A stretch of DNA of 64,000 nt from Promethearchaeota archaeon (GTDB lineage: Archaea; Asgardarchaeota; Lokiarchaeia; Sigyniarchaeales; SOKP01). Made by a program: the position numbers and the translations under genes. The DNA lies in contig JAHPYZ010000002.1 in the NCBI GenBank assembly GCA_019058425.1, forward strand, positions 27,880-91,879, written 5' to 3'. Below are positions 38,000 through 45,154 of the stretch, one piece after another; the first letter of the stretch is position 1, and every line of letters starts with the position of its first letter. The notes beneath the pieces are model-generated. The model was given only the letters and a program-made list of their open reading frames with translations, was not told where the DNA came from and ran no database searches.

Positions 38000-38935
38000 A
38001 TGGGAAAAAAATTGGATTCAAATAACTCCGATCAGAAAAACGAATCTGATAACAAGGTAATTAAAGAAGAAATTAGCTTAAATTTACGCTTATGGCTTCC
38101 TTTATTCTATGTTATTTACTATTGCTCCTTTTTAATACCAGGTATCCTTTTCATGTTGTTCATAATGTTTTTTTATTTACCTCATTTCTTAGAAGTAAGA
38201 AATTTTATTCTACTTTTTACTAATATACCATCTCTTATAGCCTCTTTAACAATACCCGTCGTGATAATTATTTGTTATTTAATCCATTTATTTATTGTTG
38301 CATTAATTACTCGATTATTTTGGAGTTACTCGGAAAGAAAATCTCCATCTAAATCTGGAATAATACCACGGAACATCCCAAGCAAAACATTAAATTTTTA
38401 TCACTTTCGCAGTTTTATTATTAAATATCCTAAAAATGCATTTTCTCGTGGTCCATTTCCCTGGTTATCAAAATGGATGTTTAACTTTGTGGGTACAAAT
38501 CAAATAGGAAAAGGATCTGTGATTGAAGAACAAGTTGCCGGAGATAGATTTGTAGAAGTCGGAGAAAATTCCTATATCGGAGCAAATCCAGGAATAAGTT
38601 CACATTCTGTGGATGGAGTCTTTGGTAATATTTCATTTGCAAAAGTAAAAATCGGAAATAATGTTACTGCTGCAGCTTTTAATTGTTTTGCTCCAGGTAT
38701 AGAATCTGGAGATAATTCTTGGTGGTTGCCGATGACGGGAGCAACAAAATATAATATTATGAAAGGAAATAATTACTATTACGGCACACCTCTTAGAAAA
38801 ATCTTTAAAAAAAGAGTAATGGAATATCTTCAAATTACAGAAGAGGATTTGAAAAGAGGAGAAGAATTATCAAATACTTGGAAATTGTCAAAAAGGAAAA
38901 AAAGCAGGAGAGATAAAGTAAATGGATTTAAATGA
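38000..38935 (+). CDS. TM-hairpin + hexapeptide (left-handed beta-helix) module protein, module type 1 of 3 (Pls/PosA C-terminal-repeat-like)
   Basis: 311 aa. Two long TM helices are followed by RKSPSKSGIIPRNIPSKTLNFYHFRSF...GPFPWLSKWMFNFVGTNQIGKGS. Hexapeptide-periodic VEVGENSYIGANPGISSHSVDGVFGNISFAKVKIGNNVTAAA comes next. It aligns with the N-terminal halves of 48758-50587 and 51086-52939. Confidence 0.6.
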   Translation: MGKKLDSNNSDQKNESDNKVIKEEISLNLRLWLPLFYVIYYCSFLIPGILFMLFIMFFYLPHFLEVRNFILLFTNIPSLIASLTIPVVIIICYLIHLFIVALITRLFWSYSERKSPSKSGIIPRNIPSKTLNFYHFRSFIIKYPKNAFSRGPFPWLSKWMFNFVGTNQIGKGSVIEEQVAGDRFVEVGENSYIGANPGISSHSVDGVFGNISFAKVKIGNNVTAAAFNCFAPGIESGDNSWWLPMTGATKYNIMKGNNYYYGTPLRKIFKKRVMEYLQITEEDLKRGEELSNTWKLSKRKKSRRDKVNGFK

Positions 38936-39803
38936 AAAAACTGAAAAGACTGTGGATTATACTATTGATTTTGTTACTACTAGTGCGATAAGTAAAATAG
39001 GTTATAAATTTCTTGCTTTATATATTCCTATCTTATGGGTATCTGGATATATGACATTTGCAGTGTTTTTCGATGTATCACATTACATACCATGGTATAT
39101 AAATATGTTTTTAATACCTGTATGGTTATTCGTTTTATATTTTATTTTCGTTTTTGGGATAACCATTTTTACAAAAGCTTTTTTACTCATTATAAATATG
39201 GTTCATAAGCCTAAGGAGGGCGTTTTTAGAGCAGAAGAAGGCAATAAAGACTACGAATTCTGGCGAGTGAGGGTGGAACTTAAAAAACTTGTCTTTTGGT
39301 TTATGAATAATGGCCCCATAACTTGGATAGTTATGTGGGGTTTTAGATGGATGGGTATTAAGGTGGATTTTTCAAGTCACATGCAGGATGCTTGGGCGGA
39401 TGGAGGATTTATAGAATTCGGTAGAAATGTTACTGTAGGTCAAGGAGCCGTGGTTATGAGCTCAATGGTAGTAGGAAAATATTTGATAATTAAAAAAATA
39501 GATCTGGGAGACTACAATGTTGTTGGAGGTTTATCACTTATTTCCCCAGGTACTATTATGGGTAAAGAATCTATAATTGGAGCTTTTTCTGGTACAATCC
39601 CAAATCAAAAATTAGAGTCTGGATGGATTTATTTAGGTCCAAATAACGCTAGGAAATTAAAACCAAACAAATTTGCAGAACAGAGAAGAGATCAAATATA
39701 TCAGAAGCATGTTGATGATGAAGTGAAATATAAAGTTACACAAGAAGTGAATATTGAAGATGATAAGAAAGATCTTATAAATAATCATGGTGAGGATGGA
39801 TAA
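38922..39803 (+). CDS. TM-hairpin + hexapeptide beta-helix module protein, module type 2 of 3
   Basis: 293 aa. TM hairpin, then HKPKEGVFRAEEGNKDYEFWRVR..., then IEFGRNVTVGQGAVVMSSMVVGKYLIIKKIDLGDYNVVGGLSLISPGTIMGKESIIGAFS. The start overlaps the module-1 gene by 14 nt. It aligns with the C-terminal halves of the 609- and 617-aa proteins. Confidence 0.6.
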   Translation: MDLNEKTEKTVDYTIDFVTTSAISKIGYKFLALYIPILWVSGYMTFAVFFDVSHYIPWYINMFLIPVWLFVLYFIFVFGITIFTKAFLLIINMVHKPKEGVFRAEEGNKDYEFWRVRVELKKLVFWFMNNGPITWIVMWGFRWMGIKVDFSSHMQDAWADGGFIEFGRNVTVGQGAVVMSSMVVGKYLIIKKIDLGDYNVVGGLSLISPGTIMGKESIIGAFSGTIPNQKLESGWIYLGPNNARKLKPNKFAEQRRDQIYQKHVDDEVKYKVTQEVNIEDDKKDLINNHGEDG

Positions 39804-39805
39804 TT

Positions 39806-40654
39806 ATGTCAGTACCTTCAAGTTTAAAAGTAGGTCCTAATACAACCCTTATTTTAGCAAAAAAGAGATATCTTATTTTCTATATTTTCCTTGTCTGGAT
39901 TAGTCTGTTTTCAATTCAATTTGAGTTTTGGGTGCTCTGGATACTCTATGAACCAAAATTTATTCACTTTTTATTGTTCCTTCCTCTAGTTATTTTTCTA
40001 ATGTATCTTTCTTCAATATTAGTATCATTAATCTTCGCTAAAATAATTCTTATTATTGTGAATCTTATTCATAAACCACGTGAAGGAGTATTTTTAAGGC
40101 ATCAATCAGATAAAGATTATAGATATTGGAGTCTAAGAAGTACTATCAAGAAATGGCCAATATGGTTATCTCATAAATTTCCTTTTCCTTTTATGGATAA
40201 TCTATGTTTCAAGATGTTCGGAGTACGAACTAAACTTTCCAGTTCATTATTTGAAGGATGGGTAGATACTGAATTTATCGAATTTGGAAAAAATGTTGTG
40301 GTAGGACAAGGAGCTATTGTTCAATCTGCAATTATAGTTGGAAATCTGTTTATTATAAGAAAAACTATCATTGAGGATAATGTTGTAATTGGTGCTCAAT
40401 CTGTTGTTATGCCTGGCACACATATGAAAAGAAATTCAATTCTAGGAGGGCATTCCCTAACCACAGTAGGTCAAGAACTTGAAGAATGTTTCATCTATTT
40501 AGGAGCTCCGGCAAAAAAATTCAAAAAAAATGTATTCCTTGAAGATGGATTGGAAGAAATCATACAAGAGCAAGGAGAAAAGCAAATTAAATCAAAAGTT
40601 AGTGTTGAAGAATTATACACGGTACGCAAAGATAAAGAAACTAAGGTCGAATGA
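39806..40654 (+). CDS. TM-hairpin + hexapeptide beta-helix module protein, module type 3 of 3
   Basis: 282 aa. TM hairpin, then IHKPREGVFLRHQSDKDYRYWSLRS..., then IEFGKNVVVGQGAIVQSAIIVGNLFIIRKTIIEDNVVIGAQSVVMPGTHM. It starts 3 nt after module 2. Ortholog-like paralog at 52936-53886. Confidence 0.6.
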   Translation: MSVPSSLKVGPNTTLILAKKRYLIFYIFLVWISLFSIQFEFWVLWILYEPKFIHFLLFLPLVIFLMYLSSILVSLIFAKIILIIVNLIHKPREGVFLRHQSDKDYRYWSLRSTIKKWPIWLSHKFPFPFMDNLCFKMFGVRTKLSSSLFEGWVDTEFIEFGKNVVVGQGAIVQSAIIVGNLFIIRKTIIEDNVVIGAQSVVMPGTHMKRNSILGGHSLTTVGQELEECFIYLGAPAKKFKKNVFLEDGLEEIIQEQGEKQIKSKVSVEELYTVRKDKETKVE

Positions 40655-41505
40655 TAAAAATCTTTCCTAATGTTTTATCAAACTCCCAAGGTAGACTAAA
40701 TATGAAAATTGGATATATTCAATCATCTCCATTATTTGGGGATAAGGAGCAAAATTTTGAAGAAATTAAAAACCTTACATCAAATATAAAAGCAGATTTA
40801 ATTGTTTTACCAGAATTATTTGTTACAGGGTATACCTTTATATCCAAAAAAGAAGCAGAATCTTTGGCAGAAGATCTTGAAGGGGAAACGGCTCAATTTT
40901 TAACTGACATCTCCCAATCAACAGGTGCTATTGTAGTTGGAGGATATATTGAAAAAGATCGTCAGAAGATCTATAATTCAGCAATGATTGTATCAAAAAA
41001 TGGAGTTATTGGCTCTTATAGAAAAATTCATTTATATTTCAAGGAAAAAATGTGGTTTTCTCCAGGAGATAAGCCATTAAAAGTATATGATATTAATGGA
41101 ATTAAAATAGGTATAATGATTTGTTTTGATTGGATTTTTCCAGAGACTGCGCGTACTCTAGCAATCTTAGGCGCGGATATAATTGCCCATCCTGCAAATT
41201 TAGTCCTTCCATATTGTCAAAGTGCGATGGTTACAAGATGTTTAGAAAACAGGGTATATGCGATTACTTCGAATAGAATAGGTGAAGAAATAAGAGGAGA
41301 TGATCATTTTAAATTTACTGGAAAAAGTCAAATAACTTCATATAACGGTGAAATCTTATCATCTGCTCCTAATGATAAAAGTTTTATTGATGTTATAGAA
41401 ATTGATATTCAAAAAGCTAGATATAAAAAACTTAATGAATTTAATGATTTACGTAATGATCGTCGACCAGAATTTTACAATTCCATTGTAAATCAAAAAA
41501 AATAG
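40651..41505 (+). CDS. Carbon-nitrogen hydrolase (nitrilase superfamily)
   Basis: 284 aa with Glu-Lys-Cys triad contexts PELFVTGY, YRKIHLY and GIMICFDWIFPE. ATGA overlap with the module-3 gene; an alternative start is ATG 40702. Confidence 0.8.
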   Translation: MIKIFPNVLSNSQGRLNMKIGYIQSSPLFGDKEQNFEEIKNLTSNIKADLIVLPELFVTGYTFISKKEAESLAEDLEGETAQFLTDISQSTGAIVVGGYIEKDRQKIYNSAMIVSKNGVIGSYRKIHLYFKEKMWFSPGDKPLKVYDINGIKIGIMICFDWIFPETARTLAILGADIIAHPANLVLPYCQSAMVTRCLENRVYAITSNRIGEEIRGDDHFKFTGKSQITSYNGEILSSAPNDKSFIDVIEIDIQKARYKKLNEFNDLRNDRRPEFYNSIVNQKK

Positions 41506-41515
41506 TTATAATTTT

Positions 41516-42421
41516 ATGAAAATTGGATATCCTTGTATAAATTTAACTTTAAATTGCAGAAGTAGTAGAACTTTTCGCTTGGAAAATTATTCAGAAGAAA
41601 GACTTATAGGAACTATTGATAATAACTTAAAATGTTTATCTAAAATCTTAAAATTTAACACTGAAAATAATCTTCTGTTTTTTCGAATTACTTCGGATTT
41701 GATACCATTTGCTTCACATCCAATCATGAAATTCAATTGGCAAAATTATTTCAAATCTAAATTCAAAGAAATTGGGTCATATATAAAAAAGAAATCAATG
41801 CGGATCAGCATGCATCCTGGGCAATATACTGTACTTAACTCAAAAAATAAAAATGTGGTTCAAAATAGCATAAAAGAATTAAAATACCATGTAGAAGTTT
41901 TAGAGGTATTAGGTTTAAATTCAGAAGCGAAAGTGATAACTCATGTGGGAGGTGTTTATGGAGATAAGAAAAGCAGTATTAAACGCTTTCTCCAGATGTA
42001 TAAAACTCTCAGTGATAACATAAAGATGCATTTCATAATTGAAAATGATGATAAAAGTTATAATATAAAGGATTGCTTAAAAATCAATGACAACATAGGA
42101 ATTCCAATTGTTTTCGATTCATATCATCATTTTTGTTATAACCAAGGGGAATCTATTGAAGAGGCTATCCAACTTATCTCGAAAACTTGGAAAAAAAAAG
42201 ATGGATTACCTATTCTACATTACAGTTCTGAACATCCAATTAAGGGAAAATATAGACATGCTGATGAAATTGATATAAGTCATTTTAACAATTTTTTAAA
42301 AAAGTCATGTAATTATGATTTTGATCTAATGTTAGAAGTTAAAAATAAAGAAAAAAGTGCTATTCTTGCCAGAGAGCAATTAATTAATGATGTAAGATTT
42401 AAAACAAATTCAGAACTATGA
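41516..42421 (+). CDS. uvdE: UV-damage endonuclease (UvdE/Uve1 family)
   Basis: 301 aa. MKIGYPCINLTL...RTFRL...NL..L..IL.FN.ENNLLFFRITSDLIPFASHP and later HVGG..GDK / FDSYHH blocks are typical of UvdE TIM-barrel endonucleases. Confidence 0.75.
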   Translation: MKIGYPCINLTLNCRSSRTFRLENYSEERLIGTIDNNLKCLSKILKFNTENNLLFFRITSDLIPFASHPIMKFNWQNYFKSKFKEIGSYIKKKSMRISMHPGQYTVLNSKNKNVVQNSIKELKYHVEVLEVLGLNSEAKVITHVGGVYGDKKSSIKRFLQMYKTLSDNIKMHFIIENDDKSYNIKDCLKINDNIGIPIVFDSYHHFCYNQGESIEEAIQLISKTWKKKDGLPILHYSSEHPIKGKYRHADEIDISHFNNFLKKSCNYDFDLMLEVKNKEKSAILAREQLINDVRFKTNSEL

Positions 42422-42464
42422 AAAAATTAGCAGTATATTTTTAATGTAAAAAAAGCTGATATTA

Positions 42465-42938
42465 ATGATGAAAGTTATTAAATTACCTAAAATGGAAGAA
42501 AGGGAGATATTAGAAGCGATAAATTCACAAAATTTGTGTAGAATCGCTTTTATAGATGGTGATTATCCTTATATTGCTCCATTTCAATATATTTGTATAA
42601 ATAATGAGTTATATTTTCATTTTACGGATTATGGTAAAAAAAAGGAGATTATTTCAAAAAATACTAATGTATGTGTCTCAATAGAAAGATTTGAAACAGA
42701 TCTTAGTAGTTATTATTTTATATCGATGCAAGGTAAATTGGAATTAGTTGAAAATACAGATTTGAAAACGAAAGTCATCTTTCAAATGAAAAATTCTGCG
42801 GGAAGTAGTTATTCAGAGAATTTTCTTTCAGCGCATGGTTTTGATAAGAATCTTGGTTGGGAAGGATTTATAGTCAAAAATCAACTCATTTACAAACTTT
42901 CTCAATCAAGAGATCCAATTGGATTAAAGTCTATTTAA
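42465..42938 (+). CDS. Pyridoxamine-5'-phosphate-oxidase-like (split-barrel) flavin-binding protein
   Basis: 157 aa. LCRIAFIDGDYPYIAPFQYICINNELYFHFTDYGKKKEI matches the PNPOx-like (Pyridox_ox_2) N-terminal pattern. Confidence 0.6.
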   Translation: MMKVIKLPKMEEREILEAINSQNLCRIAFIDGDYPYIAPFQYICINNELYFHFTDYGKKKEIISKNTNVCVSIERFETDLSSYYFISMQGKLELVENTDLKTKVIFQMKNSAGSSYSENFLSAHGFDKNLGWEGFIVKNQLIYKLSQSRDPIGLKSI

Positions 42939-43004
42939 AATTACTTTGATTTCTTAATTTGGTTAATAGTTTAAAATGTTTTTAAAAAGAATTTATTGAT
43001 TTGG

Positions 43005-43057
43005 AAAAGTTTGGCTAACTTTTGGCAATAAAATCTAACATTTATCATTTTATTCCC
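43005..43057 (-). promoter_or_regulatory. Two consecutive hairpins in the 3' UTR of the TGA-containing redoxin gene (candidate SECIS and/or terminator)
   Basis: RNA sense: GGGAAUAAAAU[GAUAAAUGUUAG]AUUUUAUUGCC (43057-43024; 8 A-U pairs, a G-G mismatch, then 2 G-C pairs; 12-nt loop). It starts 7 nt after the stop and is immediately followed by AAAAGUU[AGCCA]AACUUUU (43023-43005). Structure is seen by eye only and I cannot match it to a SECIS consensus. Confidence 0.25.
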
Positions 43058-43063
43058 TCCAAA

Positions 43064-43543
43064 TCATTGATTTTTATTAATTTCTTCAAGAACTTGTAAT
43101 ATTTCATCATTTTCTGGGATATCATGCATATTCTTGCCATAATAAGCATATTGTATTATTCCTTTTTTGTCAATGACTAATAGTCCAGGCATTCGACCAA
43201 GTTTTATCCACCTTGTTTCTTGTTTCAACATCTCAGCAACTGATTTTGATTGGTCGTAAAATATAGCATATTTTCGTGCATATTTCTGCTCCATTTTTTT
43301 AGCATTTTTTTCATTATCTACTAAAATTGGATAGAGAAATCCATCTAATTGTTCAAATTTCTCAATATCTCTTCTTAATCTCGCAGCATGCCATCGGCAG
43401 AAAGGTCAATTAATATCTCTAAATAATATAATAACTACATTCTTTTTATTTTCGAAATCTCGTATGTTAATTGTTTCTCCTCTAGAATTTGGCAAACTAA
43501 ATTCACTTATTTTAGATCCCACTACATTAAATTTATCTTTCAT
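43064..43543 (-). CDS. Thioredoxin-fold redoxin/peroxiredoxin-like protein with in-frame TGA at the catalytic Cys position (probable selenoprotein, UPFC motif)
   Basis: A 160-codon frame from ATG 43543 (GAAGG RBS about 10 nt upstream) reads MKDKFNVVGSKISEFSLPNSRGETINIRDFENKKNVVIILFRDIN[TGA]PFCRWHAARL...LGRMPGLLVIDKKGIIQYAYYG.... The TGA (43406-43408) replaces the first Cys of the F...W-C-P-F-C redox motif. The track shows only the 76-aa part downstream of the TGA. Confidence 0.65.
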
Positions 43544-43575
43544 ATTTATTTACCTTCTTTTTTTAAATTTAAATT

Positions 43576-44041
43576 TTAGATTTCCTTAAGAATCTTAAAG
43601 ATTTCTTCAATTGTAGGTATATCATCCATATAATCACTGTAATAGGCGTATTTTATAATTCCCTTTTTATCGATTATGAGTAATGCGGGCATCCTACCCA
43701 ATTTAAAAGGTTTTACTTCCTGTTTTAATATCTTATTTACTTTCTTTTTACGATCATAAAAAAATTGGATATTTTTTTGCAAAATTGGCTTCAAATTTCT
43801 TAGCACTTTCATAGTCATCTGGTAGAATTGCATATAATAAAGCATTGTAATTCTGAGACTTTTCAAACATATTACTTAACTTTTGAGCATAAACTTTAGC
43901 ATATGGTCAACTTTTACTTCGAAATAAAACTATTACTACACTACTGCCCATATAGTCTCGAATAATCCTAGTTTCACCTCTTGAGTTCGGTAATTCGAAT
44001 TCTTTTATTTTAGAACCTACTAAATTAAATTTATCTTTCAT
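43576..44041 (-). pseudogene. Paralogous redoxin gene with TGA at the same position (UPYA) plus a frameshift in an A7/T7 run; pseudogene, sequencing error or recoding
   Basis: From ATG 44041: MKDKFNLVGSKIKEFELPNSRGETRIIRDYMGSSVVIVLFRSKS[TGA 43907-43909]PYAKVYAQKL...EANFAKKYPIF. The frame then shifts by 1 at the homopolymer 43758-43764 to continue YDRKKKVNKILKQEVKPFKLGRMPALLIIDKKGIIKYAYY.... The span is 466 nt, not a multiple of 3. Confidence 0.5.
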
Positions 44042-44276
44042 TATGCTCACATAATATCAATTTGTAGATTTATCAAATAAGAATTAAATATTATTCATAT
44101 ATATTCCTTTATATTAATTCTAAATGTGTTTAATATTATTAATCTGGATATAGATCGAATTCTCTATATTTTATTAATTAATTTCATTTTTTTTTTCAAA
44201 TTTTAAAGAATAGAATGTCATAAATTTATAAATTTAAGTAACATAAGTTAAAATCTAATTTCACATATTTTGAATT

Positions 44277-45116
44277 ATGAATTCTATTGAAAAAACAGAA
44301 GAAGGTTGGTTAATTCCAAAATCTCCTATTACTTTCGATTACCTAAAAAAATTCAATCGGAATATGGGTATTTTACATTTGATACAAGGGTTACTAATGG
44401 TGCTTTTTGGGTTTTTACCTCAACTAGCTTTTTCCAGAGACATTTACACTTTTTACCTCAAGTTTGAACTCGTTGGTCCAGATTTCGTTATTTCACCAAA
44501 TCCTACAGTGTTGTTTGTCTTTAGTGCTTTAGGGGCATTTGTTGGCTCTTTTCTATTAATGTCTGCCATCGCTCATTTGTTAATAGCTTATCCGCTAAAT
44601 AAAAGCTATGTTAGAAATTTAAAAAGAGGAATAAACAAAGTACGTTGGTTTGAGTACGCCCTATCAAGTTCCGTAATGATTTTCTTAATAGCTATCTTTT
44701 TTGGAGTCTGGGATTTTTGGTCATTGTTTATGATTTTTATTTCTAATGCCTTGATGAATATGTTTGGCTTAATGATGGAATCATATAATGTATATACAAG
44801 AGAAAGAAATGAGAAGGTTAAATGGGGACCATATTATTTAGGTGTAATCGCAGGAGCCGTTCCTTGGATTGTTATTACTGCATATTTTATAAGTACTGAA
44901 ACCATTGGAGGAGAAGTACCACTATTTGTCTATTTGATTTATGGAATCGAACTATTTTTCTTTAACACATTCGCAATCAATATGATACTGCAATATAAAG
45001 GAGTGGGAAAATGGAAGGATTATCTATACGGTGAAAGAGTATATCAACTACTAAGTCTTGTATCTAAAACCTTTTTAGCATGGCTCGTATTTGCTGGAGT
45101 ATTTAGTCCTACATAA
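44277..45116 (+). CDS. Heliorhodopsin
   Basis: 279 aa with 7 TM helices. Strong colinear similarity, from my memory of heliorhodopsin 48C12: KKFNRNMGILHLIQ, AIAHLLI, KVRWFEYALSSSVMIFLIA, GAVPWIV, FFFNTFAINMILQYKGVGKWKDYLYGERVYQLLSLVSKTFLAWLVFAG. The Schiff-base Lys candidate is K264 (nt 45066-45068) and the counterion-position Glu is E126. Confidence 0.85.
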   Translation: MNSIEKTEEGWLIPKSPITFDYLKKFNRNMGILHLIQGLLMVLFGFLPQLAFSRDIYTFYLKFELVGPDFVISPNPTVLFVFSALGAFVGSFLLMSAIAHLLIAYPLNKSYVRNLKRGINKVRWFEYALSSSVMIFLIAIFFGVWDFWSLFMIFISNALMNMFGLMMESYNVYTRERNEKVKWGPYYLGVIAGAVPWIVITAYFISTETIGGEVPLFVYLIYGIELFFFNTFAINMILQYKGVGKWKDYLYGERVYQLLSLVSKTFLAWLVFAGVFSPT

Positions 45117-45154
45117 TATAATAGTCTATATTTTTTTCTTTTTTTTTAGTTAAA

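Noticed and set aside
43064-43543. Interpretation of the TGA-interrupted redoxin as a simple pseudogene
   Set aside because: This was rejected for this copy. The frame is otherwise intact over 160 codons with a good RBS. The only stop is TGA, it sits exactly at the catalytic Cys codon, and the tandem paralog has TGA at the same column. The pseudogene interpretation is retained as possible for the upstream copy, which also has a frameshift.
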